Assembly: GCA_046290045.1 (NCBI GenBank)
Contig: JBKBUL010000001.1
Location: 865-64,864 of the forward strand
Direction of reading: 5' to 3'
DNA from: Sphingomonadaceae bacterium
Lineage (GTDB): Bacteria > Pseudomonadota > Alphaproteobacteria > Sphingomonadales > Sphingomonadaceae
DNA length: 64,000 nt
A model generated the notes under the pieces. It saw only the letters and a program-made list of their open reading frames with translations, made no database searches and was not told the DNA's origin. The position numbers and the translations under genes are program-made. Shown here piece after piece: positions 36,384 through 46,736 of the stretch; positions within the stretch are counted from its first letter, which is position 1, and each line of letters begins with the position of its first letter.

Positions 36384-37247
36384 ATGACCAGCCCGACCCG
36401 CTTCGAAGGCACGAAGGATTATGTCGCGACCGACGACCTCAAGGTCGCCGTCAATGCCGCCGCCACGCTTCGCCGCCCCCTGCTGGTGAAGGGCGAGCCG
36501 GGAACGGGCAAGACAGTGCTCGCGCACGAGATTGCGAAGGCCCTCGATGCGCCGCTCCTCGAGTGGCACATCAAGTCCACGACAAAGGCCCAGCAGGGGC
36601 TGTATGAATATGACGCCGTCGCCCGCCTGCGCGACAGCCAGCTGGGCGATCCCCGCGTCGCCGACATTTCCAACTACATCCGCCGCGGCAAGCTGTGGGA
36701 GGCCTTCACCTCCGAGCGGCTGCCCGTCCTCCTCATCGACGAGATCGACAAGGCCGACATCGAGTTTCCGAACGACCTCCTCCAGGAGCTCGACCGGATG
36801 GAGTTCAACGTCTACGAGACCGGCGAGACGGTGAAGGCCATCCAGCGGCCCATCGTCGTCATCACGTCCAACAACGAGAAGGAGCTGCCCGACGCCTTCC
36901 TCAGGCGCTGCTTCTTCCACTACATCCGCTTTCCCGATGCCGAGACGATGAAGGCCATCATCGAGGTGCATTTTCCGGGCATCCAGAAGGCGCTCGTCCG
37001 CGAGGCGCTGACGATCTTCTACGACATCCGCGAAGTCCCCGGCCTCAAGAAGAAGCCGAGCACGTCCGAACTGCTCGACTGGCTGAAGCTGCTGCTGCAC
37101 GAGGATCTGCCGCTCGACGTGCTGCAGTCGCGCGACCCCAAGAAGCTGATCCCGCCGCTGCACGGCGCGCTCCTCAAGAATGAGGCGGACGTGATGCTGT
37201 TCGAGAAGCTCGCCTTCATGGCCCGGCGCGAGGGCGGCCGCCCCTAG
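36384..37247 (+). CDS. MoxR family AAA+ ATPase (CoxD-like)
   Basis: KGEPGTGKT, LLIDEIDKADIEFPNDLL, TSNNEKELPDAFLRRC. Confidence 0.92.
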   Translation: MTSPTRFEGTKDYVATDDLKVAVNAAATLRRPLLVKGEPGTGKTVLAHEIAKALDAPLLEWHIKSTTKAQQGLYEYDAVARLRDSQLGDPRVADISNYIRRGKLWEAFTSERLPVLLIDEIDKADIEFPNDLLQELDRMEFNVYETGETVKAIQRPIVVITSNNEKELPDAFLRRCFFHYIRFPDAETMKAIIEVHFPGIQKALVREALTIFYDIREVPGLKKKPSTSELLDWLKLLLHEDLPLDVLQSRDPKKLIPPLHGALLKNEADVMLFEKLAFMARREGGRP

Positions 37248-37366
37248 CCCTCGGATCGCCGGCCGGGCCGAAGTCGCCGGCCGAGCCCGCCCTTGTCCCG
37301 CGAAATCGGGCAGGCTAGCCTCCCACCCGTCGCCGCCTGGGCGAGAGGGAACGAGGGGAGTGTTTC

Positions 37367-38482
37367 ATGGCCGAGGATTGGGCAATCGATGTGCGCAAAT
37401 ATGCGCCCGACGCCGAGGACGCCGTCATCCAGGGGATTGTCCGCCATTGCGGGATCGCGCTCAGGAACCGCGACTCATCCCTCGTCTCCTTCACGGATCC
37501 GGCGGAGACGGACCGCGTTCGCGAAAGCTTCTGCCGCAAGAAGCTGGGCCTGACCGACCCCGATGAGGTGCTCGACGCAGCCATCGCGAAGGTCGGCGAG
37601 CGCATGAAGGCCGACACCACGAGGAACCGGGTGACGGTCTATTATCTTCTGGCCGAATATTTCGGAAAGCTCAGCCTGTTCGGTGCGACAGGCGCCGCTG
37701 CCGCTGCCTCGGCCACGCCTGTCGAGCCCGATCCGGCGCCCCTTGCCGCCATGGACGCGCCGGCTCCGCCTCCCCCGCCTCCGCCTCCACCGCCCCCCGT
37801 GAGCCCACCACCGCTCTCTGCGGCCGCCATGTCCGCCATTGGCTCTACAACCCCGTCGCCCTCCCCCCTGGCGTCCCCCCGGCCGAAGGCCGGCGATGAC
37901 GAGCCGGATCGTGGGTTCTTCGGTTTCGGGGCCGGGGCACTTGCGCTCATCGCCGGTGGCATCCTCGTGGCCGCCCTCGTCGGCCTCCTCGCCACCGGTG
38001 GCATGGATCGCAAGGCACCTGCCCCGACGGTCGCGCTCAATCCCTCGGCGCCGCCGGTTGGCGGCCCCGGCGTGCTCGGCAGCGTTCCGGCCGCGGGTGG
38101 CGCGCCGGCGCCCGCCGTCCCGCAGGGCGCCGGCGTGCTCGCCAGCGAGGTGGAAGGCCGGCCACAACTGTCGGTCTACTTCGACACGGCCAGCAGCGAG
38201 GTCACGCCCGAATTCCCGACCGTCGCCGCCCGCATCAAGGCGTGGATCGATGCGAACCCGAACGACAGGCTGGTCGTCTCGGGCTACAATGACCCGCGCG
38301 GCGACCCGGCGTTCAACGCCGAGCTGTCGAAGAACCGGGCGCAGAGCGTGCAGGCCGCGCTCGAGCGCCTGGGCGTGCCGGCATCCGCGATCGACCTCGA
38401 GAAGCCGGCCGAGACGACCGACACCAGCACCACGCTCGAGAATGCGCGGCGGGTCGACATCGTCGTGCGGCCGGGCGGCTGA
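37367..38482 (+). CDS. DUF2853-like domain + Pro-rich linker + TM helix + OmpA-like peptidoglycan-binding domain
   Basis: N-terminus DWAIDVRKY...GIALRNRDSSLVSFTDPAETDRVRESF...RNRVTVYYLLA; poly-Pro; hydrophobic segment; C-terminus VYFDT...SGYNDPRG...NAELSKNRAQSV...ARRVDI. Confidence 0.8.
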   Translation: MAEDWAIDVRKYAPDAEDAVIQGIVRHCGIALRNRDSSLVSFTDPAETDRVRESFCRKKLGLTDPDEVLDAAIAKVGERMKADTTRNRVTVYYLLAEYFGKLSLFGATGAAAAASATPVEPDPAPLAAMDAPAPPPPPPPPPPPVSPPPLSAAAMSAIGSTTPSPSPLASPRPKAGDDEPDRGFFGFGAGALALIAGGILVAALVGLLATGGMDRKAPAPTVALNPSAPPVGGPGVLGSVPAAGGAPAPAVPQGAGVLASEVEGRPQLSVYFDTASSEVTPEFPTVAARIKAWIDANPNDRLVVSGYNDPRGDPAFNAELSKNRAQSVQAALERLGVPASAIDLEKPAETTDTSTTLENARRVDIVVRPGG

Positions 38483-39174
38483 CGACGCGTCGCGCCGGCC
38501 GCTTCGTCCTGCTGCTCCCGGCGGCGCTGCTGGTCGGCGCCGCCGGGCCCCATCCTGCCGAGCGGCTGGCCGGCGACTGGGACAATCAGCGCCAGCATGC
38601 GGTGGCAGACCCTGCGCTGCACCGCCCCCCGGCGGCCGGCACCCCCTATCCCTGGCTGGACCAGCAGCATGCCCGCTTTCGGCTGGTCCAAACGCCCGGG
38701 CTGGCCGGGCCGGACGAGCGTGCCATTCACCTCGTCTGGCGAAGCGGTGGCCCGGATGGGCCCATCAGCCGGCAACGCCTGTGGATCTTCCGCCCGGCAA
38801 CCAACGGCAGCTTCACCATGCGCTTCCTGATGCCGAGACAAGCCGGGGGCCTGGCCGAGGCTGCCCCCGACAGCGCAGCCTTTCGGGCGCTCGGCCCGGC
38901 CGATGTCGTCAGCTATCCGGCCAGCTGCGACCTTCCCGTCACGCCGACACGTCGCGGGTTCGTGGCTTCGATTCCCGCTGTATGCGAGATCATGGCCGGC
39001 TCGGGCCGCACCATGCGGCTCGAGGCCCGGATCGAGCTCGACGGCGACAAGCTGACCTATGCCGAGGCCGGCCGGCTGCCCGACGGCAGCTTTGCCTTCC
39101 GGGTGCCGGGCGGTGGTTCCTATTGCTTCGAACGCCAGACGCAGGCGCTTCCAGCCCGCCGGGCGCAGTGCTAG
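38479..39174 (+). CDS. Secreted CpcT/CpeT (T-type bilin lyase)-like protein; probable CTG start
   Basis: Frame extends upstream of GTG 38602: (CTG)TTRRAGRFVLLLPAALLVGAA signal-like segment, then LAGDWDNQRQ; later ISRQRLWIF, resembling CpcT motifs GxxDNxxQ and RQR. Confidence 0.6.
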   Translation: MTTRRAGRFVLLLPAALLVGAAGPHPAERLAGDWDNQRQHAVADPALHRPPAAGTPYPWLDQQHARFRLVQTPGLAGPDERAIHLVWRSGGPDGPISRQRLWIFRPATNGSFTMRFLMPRQAGGLAEAAPDSAAFRALGPADVVSYPASCDLPVTPTRRGFVASIPAVCEIMAGSGRTMRLEARIELDGDKLTYAEAGRLPDGSFAFRVPGGGSYCFERQTQALPARRAQC

Positions 39175-39226
39175 CTGGGGGGCAAGCAGGCAAATATCGG
39201 AAGGGTTCCAGATGAACGAGGCAAAC

Positions 39227-39850
39227 ATGGCACCGACCGCCCGGCGTGGTCCGGCGACGGCACCGGTCAAGCGCCTCGCCACGGCCGCGACGCTTGCCCT
39301 CGCGCTTGCGCTCGGCGCCTGCGCGACAGCGCCGCAGGCGCAGGTGCTGCGGTTCCACCAGGGCGCGCCCGCCGCCGGCGCCGTCTATCTGAAGCCAGCC
39401 AACCCGTCCCTGGCCGGAAGCCTCGAGTTCCAGGCGCAGGCCGATGCCGTCGCCGCTGAACTGCGCAGGCAGGGCTTTACCGTCGTGAGCCAGCCATCCC
39501 AGGCGCAGTTCGTGGCCACCGTCGATGTCTCCACCGCTGCGCGCGACATGGCACCCCGCCGGTCGGGCGTGTCGGTCGGCGTCGGCGGCGGCTGGTCGTC
39601 GGGCAATGTCGGGGTGGGCACCAGCGTCAACGTGCCCGTCGGCGGCAGCAGCCGGCCGCAGATCGCGACGACCACAACGCTGTCGGTGCGCATGGCGACA
39701 CCGGCCGGCCAGGCCGTCTGGGAAGGGCGCGCCTCTGTCGAGACCGGCCCCGAAGGTCGCTCCGGCACGGTGCTGGCCCCGGCGCTCGCCGGCGCCCTCT
39801 TCCGGGACTTCCCCGGCCCCTCGGGGCGGACGGTGAAGGTCGCCCTCTAG
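39227..39850 (+). CDS. DUF4136-like lipoprotein
   Basis: Lipobox LALGAC, Gly-rich GVSVGVGGGWSSG, VWEGRA, LFRDFPG. Confidence 0.72.
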   Translation: MAPTARRGPATAPVKRLATAATLALALALGACATAPQAQVLRFHQGAPAAGAVYLKPANPSLAGSLEFQAQADAVAAELRRQGFTVVSQPSQAQFVATVDVSTAARDMAPRRSGVSVGVGGGWSSGNVGVGTSVNVPVGGSSRPQIATTTTLSVRMATPAGQAVWEGRASVETGPEGRSGTVLAPALAGALFRDFPGPSGRTVKVAL

Positions 39851-41475
39851 GCCGGCAGTCGATAGTCGGCGAACTGCTCGCGCAGCGCCACCTTCTGGAT
39901 CTTGCCGGTGGCCGTGTGCGGGATCGCATCCACGAACTCGATGGCGTCGGGCATCCACCATTTGGCGATCTTGTCCGATATATAGGCGCGGACGTCGTCG
40001 GCCGTCACGTTCGACCCTTCCTTGCGGACAATCACCAGAAGCGGCCGCTCGTCCCACTTCGGGTGCGGCAGGCCGATGACGGCGGCCTCGGCGACACCGG
40101 GGCAGCCGACCGCGGCATTCTCGAGATCGATTGACGAGATCCACTCCCCGCCGGACTTGATGACGTCCTTCGAGCGATCGACGATCTGCATGTAGCCAAG
40201 CTCGTCGAGCGTCGCGACATCGCCGGTGTCGAACCAGCCCTCGGCATCGAGGATCTCGCCGCCGTCGCCCTTGAAGTAGCTTCCGACGATCCAGGGGCCC
40301 CGCACCATCAGCCGGCCGAAGGTCTTGCCGTCGCGCGGCAGCACCCGGCCTTCATCATCGACGATGCGCATCTCCACCCCGAACACCGGGCGGCCCTGCT
40401 TCACCCGATAGTCCATCTCCTGCTCGTAGGGCAGCGCGGCGACTTCGGGCGTCGGCGAACCGATGGTGCCCAGCGGCGACATTTCCGTCATGCCCCACAG
40501 CTGCATCACGCGCACATTGTGCAGCCTGTCATAGGCTTCGATCATCGAGCGCGGAACCGCAGAACCCCCGATCCCTGTCCGCCTGAGGGATCCCAGCGTC
40601 TCGCCACTCTTCTCGAGATGCTGCAGCATGCCGAGCCAGATGGTCGGCACGGCCAGCGCAAGATCGACCTTCTCCTGGACGATCATCCGGTGCAGCGTTG
40701 GCGGGTCGAAATGCGGGCCGGCCATCACCAGTTTCGCGCCGCACGCCGCCGTCGTGTAGGGGATCGACCAGGCATTGGCATGGTACATGGGCGCGATCGG
40801 CATCACGACCGATTGCGCCCCGACGCCGAACGTATCCGTCATGCAGGCGGCCATGGCGTGCAGCACGTTGGAGCGATGGGAATATTGCACGCCCTTGGGG
40901 TTCCCCGTCGTGCCCGAGGTGTAGCAGAGCCCGGCCGGCGCATTCTCGTCGAGCGTCGTCCAGGGCTGGTCGTCCGGCTGGCCGGCGATCCAGTCCTCGT
41001 AGCAGATGAGGTCGAGCGGGGAGTTGGCTGGCATGTGCCCGGCATCCGTCAGCAGCACATAGCGCTCGATCGTCTCGAAGCGCGGCGCCAACTTCTCGAC
41101 CAGCGGCACGAAGGTGAGATCGAAGAACAGCACCCGATCCTCGGCATGGTTCGCGATATAGACGATCTGGTCCTCGAACAGCCGGGGATTGATGGTGTGC
41201 GCGACCCCGCCCATGCCCGAGATTCCGTACCAGGCCTCGACATGGCGGTGAGTGTTCCAGGCGAGCGTGCCGACCCGATCCCCGGGCCTCACGCCCAGCC
41301 CCCGCAGGGCGGCGGCCACCTGCCGCGCGCGGCGGCGGATCGAAGCCCAGGTCGAGCGATCCTCGCGGCCCTCGCAGGTCAGGCTGACGACCTCGCGCTG
41401 GCCATGAAACTCGGCGGCATGGTCGATCAGTTTCCAGACAAGCAGCGGCCAATCCTGCATCGAGCCGGGTTTCAT
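39847..41475 (-). CDS. Long/medium-chain fatty acid-CoA ligase (DmdB/AlkK-like)
   Basis: [53 protein letters not shown]. Confidence 0.92.
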   Translation of the reverse strand: MKPGSMQDWPLLVWKLIDHAAEFHGQREVVSLTCEGREDRSTWASIRRRARQVAAALRGLGVRPGDRVGTLAWNTHRHVEAWYGISGMGGVAHTINPRLFEDQIVYIANHAEDRVLFFDLTFVPLVEKLAPRFETIERYVLLTDAGHMPANSPLDLICYEDWIAGQPDDQPWTTLDENAPAGLCYTSGTTGNPKGVQYSHRSNVLHAMAACMTDTFGVGAQSVVMPIAPMYHANAWSIPYTTAACGAKLVMAGPHFDPPTLHRMIVQEKVDLALAVPTIWLGMLQHLEKSGETLGSLRRTGIGGSAVPRSMIEAYDRLHNVRVMQLWGMTEMSPLGTIGSPTPEVAALPYEQEMDYRVKQGRPVFGVEMRIVDDEGRVLPRDGKTFGRLMVRGPWIVGSYFKGDGGEILDAEGWFDTGDVATLDELGYMQIVDRSKDVIKSGGEWISSIDLENAAVGCPGVAEAAVIGLPHPKWDERPLLVIVRKEGSNVTADDVRAYISDKIAKWWMPDAIEFVDAIPHTATGKIQKVALREQFADYRLPA

Positions 41476-41548
41476 GCGCATCCCTCCATTTCCTCGCGCC
41501 CGTCCTAGCGGCCGTGGTGGCGGGCGCAAGAGAGGCTTGACAGGATCG

Positions 41549-41563
41549 GAACATAACAGGAAC
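41549..41563 (+). promoter_or_regulatory. Alphaproteobacterial LexA (SOS) box
   Basis: GAAC-ATAACAG-GAAC (GTTC-N7-GTTC on the other strand), just downstream of TTGACA at 41537-41542. Confidence 0.78.
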
Positions 41564-41595
41564 ATACTGCCATCAACCGAATCGGATCGCCCGCC

Positions 41596-41844
41596 ATGAA
41601 CGCCTTCGACGCCTTGTGGACCCTGGCCGGACCGGCCCTTCTGACGGCCGCCATCGCCCTCGACCTCTGGCTGCTTGGCTGCGGGATGCGCTCGATGCGT
41701 CGGGCGCTGGCTGGTCCGGCTGCACTCGTTCACCACGTGCCACCCGGCGGCGAGGCGCAGGTCATCGCGCTGCGGCCACGACCGCAGGCGAGCGACGCGA
41801 CAGTCAGTTTCGGGGTGGCGGCGCCTCGGCGGCTGGCGGCCTGA
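41596..41844 (+). CDS. Small single-pass membrane protein with C-terminal -LAA, probably SOS-induced
   Basis: 82 aa; hydrophobic LWTLAGPALLTAAIALDLWLLG; ends RRLAA; 32 nt downstream of the LexA box. Confidence 0.65.
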   Translation: MNAFDALWTLAGPALLTAAIALDLWLLGCGMRSMRRALAGPAALVHHVPPGGEAQVIALRPRPQASDATVSFGVAAPRRLAA

Positions 41845-42682
41845 ACGAGAGCACGCCGGCCCCATCGGCCGCCGAATCCGGCTCTGACGGCCTGGCCTCC
41901 ACCCGGGCCCGCTCGGCCGAGAGGCGCCTTCGATAGACGATCGACGCGAAGGGGAAGGCAAGCGCATAGGCAAGCCCCACGCTGAACAGGGCCATCCAGG
42001 GTGCCTGCGCAAGGGCAGCCGCGAACAGGCCGACCGCGGCCAGCACGAACAGCCTGAGTTGCCGCGGCACCCGGACGGCCTGGAAACCCCAGCCCGGCAG
42101 CGCCGAGACCATCAGGAAGGCCGTGACGGCGACCACCATGGCGGTGAGGACCGCGCGAGTCTCCGGTGCGGCATCGAGCGCACCGTCGTGCGCGAGGCTC
42201 CAGAACAGGGGCATCAGCGCCAGCCCCGCACCGGCCGGGGCCGGCACCCCGGTCGTGAAGCCGAGGCGCTTCTTGGGCAGATCGTCGCGATCGATCGCGG
42301 CATTGAACCGCGCCAGCCGCAGCGCGCAGCAAACGATCAGCGCCAGCGCCACCACCCAGCCCAACCGGCCGAGATCCTGCAAGGCCCAGAGATAGAGGAT
42401 GAGGGCCGGCGCCACGCCGAAGGCCGTCACGTCCGACAGGCTGTCCAGCTCGGCGCCGAACCGGCTGGTGCCCCTGAGCAGCCGGGCGACGCGGCCATCG
42501 ATCCCGTCGAGCAGCGCTGCGACCACGACCGCCGTCGCCGCCTTCTCGAATTCGCCAGAGAGCGCGAAGCGCACGCCGGTCGCCCCTGCGCACAGCGCCA
42601 GCACGGTGATGGCATTGGGGATGAGCGCCCGCAGCGGCAGCGCCGGAAGCGGCGCCTCGGGCCGCTCCGCGTCGCCCGTCAC
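41804..42682 (-). CDS. pssA: CDP-diacylglycerol--serine O-phosphatidyltransferase
   Basis: [12 protein letters not shown]...[18 protein letters not shown]; follows psd. Confidence 0.9.
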   Translation of the reverse strand: MTGDAERPEAPLPALPLRALIPNAITVLALCAGATGVRFALSGEFEKAATAVVVAALLDGIDGRVARLLRGTSRFGAELDSLSDVTAFGVAPALILYLWALQDLGRLGWVVALALIVCCALRLARFNAAIDRDDLPKKRLGFTTGVPAPAGAGLALMPLFWSLAHDGALDAAPETRAVLTAMVVAVTAFLMVSALPGWGFQAVRVPRQLRLFVLAAVGLFAAALAQAPWMALFSVGLAYALAFPFASIVYRRRLSAERARVEARPSEPDSAADGAGVLSFRPPAAEAPPPRN

Positions 42683-43599
42683 TGCCGGGGCCCGGGAACG
42701 AGCGGCGTGCCGTCGCGCCGGGCCAGGATCGTCTCGCCCGCAACCGCGCGCTGGCCCTTCACCACCTGCGGCTCGAAACCCGTGGGCAGGAACACGTCCA
42801 CCCGGCTTCCGAAGCGGATCAGCCCGACACGCTGGCCGGTGCCGACGATCGAGCCCTCGCGAACGAAGCTCACGATCCGCCGGGCGACCAGCCCGGCGAT
42901 CTGGGTGAAGCCGACCCGCGTGCCGTCGAACCCCTCGACAAGCAGATACTGGCGCTCATTCTCCTCGCTCGCCTTGTCGAGATCGGCGTTGAGGAAGGCG
43001 CCCGGCACATAGACCAGCCGGCGGATGGTGCCGGCAACCGGCGTTCGATTGATGTGCACGTCGAACACCGACATGAAGATGGAGATGCGGGTCGCGCGCC
43101 CGGGCTCCAGCGCCCCCTCCCCCACCAGCTGGCGCGGCAAATCCACTTCGAGGATCTGGCTGACAAGCCCATCGGCGGGGGACAGGATCAGCCCCTCGCC
43201 GGCCGGGGAGGTTCGAACGGGATCCCGGAAGAAGGCGAGAATGAAGGCGGTCAGGCCGGCCAGCGTCCAGCCGAGGAGCGACCAGCCCGCCCAGCCGGCC
43301 ACCAGCGCGGCAAAGCCGGCGATGGCGGCAAAGCGCCAGCCTTCTCGATGCACCGTCGGCCACTCCCAGGAAATGGGGGCCGGGCCGGCCGCATGCGGTG
43401 CCGGTGTCGCAACCGGGGCGGACATGGGAACGGCCAGCGGCCGTTCGGGCGGCGAACCGGCGCTGGGCGTGTGCGCCTTCGCCGGCTCGGGCGAGTCTGC
43501 GACGGGGCCGGGGTCGTCCGCGGGCCTGACGGCCGACGCGGCATCGTCTGTCCCGGCCGGGCTCGCGCCGGATGCCTGTTTCGGGGGTCTTGACGGCAT
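42679..43599 (-). CDS. psd: Phosphatidylserine decarboxylase proenzyme (start may be 43425)
   Basis: [32 protein letters not shown] (GS self-cleavage site). Confidence 0.93.
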   Translation of the reverse strand: MPSRPPKQASGASPAGTDDAASAVRPADDPGPVADSPEPAKAHTPSAGSPPERPLAVPMSAPVATPAPHAAGPAPISWEWPTVHREGWRFAAIAGFAALVAGWAGWSLLGWTLAGLTAFILAFFRDPVRTSPAGEGLILSPADGLVSQILEVDLPRQLVGEGALEPGRATRISIFMSVFDVHINRTPVAGTIRRLVYVPGAFLNADLDKASEENERQYLLVEGFDGTRVGFTQIAGLVARRIVSFVREGSIVGTGQRVGLIRFGSRVDVFLPTGFEPQVVKGQRAVAGETILARRDGTPLVPGPRQ

Positions 43600-43694
43600 G
43601 CTGGCGATGTAGGCGCTTTTCGCCGCTGCGCAAAGCGGTTGCGACCGCGAAGCGCCTTGTTGCGGCTCCGCGCGCCGCGCTATGGGCGCCGACC

Positions 43695-44753
43695 ATGGCC
43701 ACCCTCACACCTGCTGCGGTTCCGTCCCGGTCGCCATCGACGGCCCGGCCGCGCGCGCTTGCCATCTGGCTGTTCGCGGTGGCGGGCCTGGTCTTCCTGA
43801 TGGTCGTTGTCGGGGGAATCACCCGGCTGACGGAATCGGGGCTCTCGATCACCGAGTGGCGGGTCGTCACCGGAACCTTGCCGCCTTTGAACGAAGCGCA
43901 ATGGCAGGCCGAGTTCGAGAAGTATCGCCAGATCCCGCAGTACCAGGAAATCAACCGGGGCATGAGCCTCGAGGCCTTCAAGTTCATCTATTTCTGGGAG
44001 TGGTTCCACCGCCTGCTGGGCCGGCTGATCGGTCTTGCCTTCGCGCTGCCACTGATCTGGTTCGCGTTGAAGCGCGCCATTCCGGCCGGCTACGGCCCCC
44101 GCCTTCTGGCGCTGCTCGCGCTTGGCGGGCTGCAGGGCGCCATCGGCTGGTGGATGGTGACCTCGGGCCTCGTCGAGCGCACCGACGTGAGCCACGTCCG
44201 GCTCGCCGTCCACCTGCTGACCGCGCTCTTCATCCTGGCTGGCCTCGTCTGGACGGCGCTCGACCTCCTCGCCCTCGATCGCGACCCCGCCGCGCGCCCG
44301 GCCCGGCTGACGGCCGGCGGCCTCGCGGTCGTGGCCGTGCTGTTCGTGCAGCTGCTGATGGGCGCCTTCGTCGCCGGCATGAACGCCGGCCACGCCGCGG
44401 CCGACTGGCCGCTCATGAACGGCCACATCTTCCCCGTGAACGTCAGCTGGCAGGGCGGGCGCACCTTCGTCGATGACCCGCATCTCACCCACTTCATCCA
44501 TCGCTGGTGGGCCTTCGCGGCGGTCGCGGCACTGGTTGTCCTGTCGCGCTGGGCGCGGCGCGCCGGCAGCCGCGCGGCCTCGCTCGCGATCCACACGGCG
44601 TTCGGCGTGCAGATCCTGCTGGGAGTCGCGGTCGTGCTGACCGGGGTCGACATCACGCTCGCCGTCCTCCACCAGGCCGTCGGCGCGCTGGTGGTCGCCA
44701 CTTCTGCCTGGGGCCTGCATGTCATCGGGCGCGCAGCGCCTGCCCGCCCGTGA
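43695..44753 (+). CDS. ctaA: Heme A synthase (COX15/CtaA)
   Basis: [46 protein letters not shown]. Confidence 0.93.
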   Translation: MATLTPAAVPSRSPSTARPRALAIWLFAVAGLVFLMVVVGGITRLTESGLSITEWRVVTGTLPPLNEAQWQAEFEKYRQIPQYQEINRGMSLEAFKFIYFWEWFHRLLGRLIGLAFALPLIWFALKRAIPAGYGPRLLALLALGGLQGAIGWWMVTSGLVERTDVSHVRLAVHLLTALFILAGLVWTALDLLALDRDPAARPARLTAGGLAVVAVLFVQLLMGAFVAGMNAGHAAADWPLMNGHIFPVNVSWQGGRTFVDDPHLTHFIHRWWAFAAVAALVVLSRWARRAGSRAASLAIHTAFGVQILLGVAVVLTGVDITLAVLHQAVGALVVATSAWGLHVIGRAAPARP

Positions 44754-45076
44754 CCCCCATCGTCTCCGTCTATGTGACCTTCCCCTCGGCCGCCGACGCC
44801 GAAACTATCGGAAGCGCCATGGTCGAGGCCGGGCTGGCGGCCTGCGTGAACATCCTGGCACGGTGCCGGTCCGTCTATCGCTGGCAGGGGCGGATCGAAG
44901 CGGCCGAGGAGGTGCCGGCCATCTTCAAGACGACTGAGGAGCGTGCCGAGAGGCTGATCGCCGCCATCGCCGAGGCGCACCCCTACGAGGTGCCGGCGAT
45001 TACGGCATGGCCCGTCGGGCAGGCGCTCGGCACCTATGCCGACTGGGTTCGGCAGGAAACGGACGAGCGCGCATGA
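44750..45076 (+). CDS. cutA: Divalent-cation tolerance protein CutA
   Basis: LAACVNI, SVYRWQG, HPYEVPAI; GTGA overlap with ctaA. Confidence 0.92.
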   Translation: MTPIVSVYVTFPSAADAETIGSAMVEAGLAACVNILARCRSVYRWQGRIEAAEEVPAIFKTTEERAERLIAAIAEAHPYEVPAITAWPVGQALGTYADWVRQETDERA

Positions 45077-45456
45077 GCGTCCAGCGGAATGTCCTGGGCG
45101 GGCCGCTCGAGCCCTGTTCCTTCGATCCGCTGACCGGCTGGTTCCGCGACGGTTGCTGCACCGCCGACCCCGGCGATCGCGGCCGGCACCATGTCTGCGC
45201 GGTGATGACGGACGAGTTCCTCGCCTTCTCGGCTGCTGCCGGAAACGATCTCATCACCCCGCGGCCGGACTATGGCTTTCCGGGTCTGAGCGCCGGGGAT
45301 CAGTGGTGCCTGTGCGCGAGCCGCTGGGAGGAGGCGCGACGTGCCGGCTTTGCGCCTCCCGTGCGGCTGGAGGCGACCAACGCCGCCGCCCTCGACGTCA
45401 TTGCGCTCGGCCATCTGCAGGCGCACGCCTGGAGCGAGAATGATCCGGTATCCTGA
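45073..45456 (+). CDS. DUF2237 family protein
   Basis: [11 protein letters not shown]...TGWFRDGCC...HHVCA...[11 protein letters not shown]. Confidence 0.88.
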   Translation: MSVQRNVLGGPLEPCSFDPLTGWFRDGCCTADPGDRGRHHVCAVMTDEFLAFSAAAGNDLITPRPDYGFPGLSAGDQWCLCASRWEEARRAGFAPPVRLEATNAAALDVIALGHLQAHAWSENDPVS

Positions 45457-45536
45457 TACCACAAGACTTTTCCTTGCCTTTTCGTGTGGGTTGCGCCATG
45501 GGCGCGCCAACAATTCGCTGTTCCAAGGATTGCGAG

Positions 45537-46013
45537 ATGCTCACCCGGTCAACGGCCTCGGCGAAACCCGCCGAGATCGAGAAGAAGTGGATCCTGATCG
45601 ACGCCGACGGCCTCGTCGTCGGCCGGCTCGCCACGATCGTCGCCAACCGCCTGCGCGGCAAGCACAAGCCCAACTTCACCCCGCACGTCGATTGCGGGGA
45701 CAATGTGATCGTGATCAACGCCGACAAGGTGCGGTTCACGGGCCGCAAGGCAACGCAGAAGATGTACTATCGCCACACCGGCTATCCGGGCGGAATCAAG
45801 GAACTCCGCGCCGACAAGGTGCTGGAGGGCCGCTTCCCCGAGCGCGTGCTGGAAAAGGCCGTTGAGCGGATGATCCCGCGCGGGCCGCTCGGCCGCCAGC
45901 AGATGCGCAACCTGCGCATCTTCAAGGGCGCCGAGCATCCGCACGAGGCGCAGAAGCCCGAAGTGCTGGACGTTGCCGCCATGAACCGCAAGAACAAGGT
46001 TGCCGCCCAATGA
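45537..46013 (+). CDS. rplM: 50S ribosomal protein L13
   Basis: [34 protein letters not shown]. Confidence 0.98.
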   Translation: MLTRSTASAKPAEIEKKWILIDADGLVVGRLATIVANRLRGKHKPNFTPHVDCGDNVIVINADKVRFTGRKATQKMYYRHTGYPGGIKELRADKVLEGRFPERVLEKAVERMIPRGPLGRQQMRNLRIFKGAEHPHEAQKPEVLDVAAMNRKNKVAAQ

Positions 46014-46570
46014 GCGAGAACAACACCCCTGAGACCCCGTTCGAGGACAGCCGCCAGAGCCTCGCCGATCTCGCGAAGCTGAAGGCGGAAGCCCCGGCCG
46101 CGCAGCCGGCGGAAGCGGTCGCTGCGGCGCCGGCCGCTGCCGCCCCCGAGCCGGTCGCGCTTCGCCCGCAGATTCTCGACAAGCAGGGCCGCGCCTATGC
46201 CACCGGCCGCCGCAAGGATGCGGTCGCGCGCGTGTGGCTGAAGCCGGGCAGCGGCAAGATCGAGGTGAACGGCCGCGACCAGTCGGTCTATTTCGCGCGG
46301 CCCACGCTTCGCCTCGTCATCAACCAGCCCTTCGATGTCGCCGACAGGCGCGGCCAGTATGACGTCGTCGCAACCGTGACGGGCGGCGGCCTCTCGGGCC
46401 AGGCAGGCGCTGTCAAGCACGGCATCGCCCAGGCGCTGACCCGCTACGAGCCGGCGCTTCGCACCACGGTGAAGCAGGCCGGCTTCCTCACGCGCGACAG
46501 CCGCACAGTCGAGCGGAAGAAGTACGGCAAGGCCAAGGCCCGCCGCAGCTTCCAGTTCTCCAAGCGCTAG
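46010..46570 (+). CDS. rpsI: 30S ribosomal protein S9
   Basis: [21 protein letters not shown], ends FQFSKR. Confidence 0.98.
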   Translation: MSENNTPETPFEDSRQSLADLAKLKAEAPAAQPAEAVAAAPAAAAPEPVALRPQILDKQGRAYATGRRKDAVARVWLKPGSGKIEVNGRDQSVYFARPTLRLVINQPFDVADRRGQYDVVATVTGGGLSGQAGAVKHGIAQALTRYEPALRTTVKQAGFLTRDSRTVERKKYGKAKARRSFQFSKR

Positions 46571-46631
46571 CAGCGGCGGCCAGCGGCTTCGCGCTGGCCC
46601 GCCAATACGCGAACGCGACCCGCAGCTTCCC

Positions 46632-46661
46632 GAACGGGCCGGGCCTTGGCCCGGCCCGTTC
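46632..46661 (+). terminator. Strong hairpin downstream of rpsI
   Basis: GAACGGGCCGGGCC-TT-GGCCCGGCCCGTTC perfect 14-bp inverted repeat; U-tract weak. Confidence 0.5.
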
Positions 46662-46736
46662 AACCTGTTTGGCGGCGGGATGCGCGACACCCTTCGCCTT
46701 GGCCCCGCCCGTGTCAGCCCCTATGTGCGGGGCAAC

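Noticed and set aside
37760-37815. CCG/CCT/CCA-rich repeat as a VNTR or contingency locus
   Set aside because: Degenerate codons encoding a poly-Pro linker, not a perfect tandem repeat.
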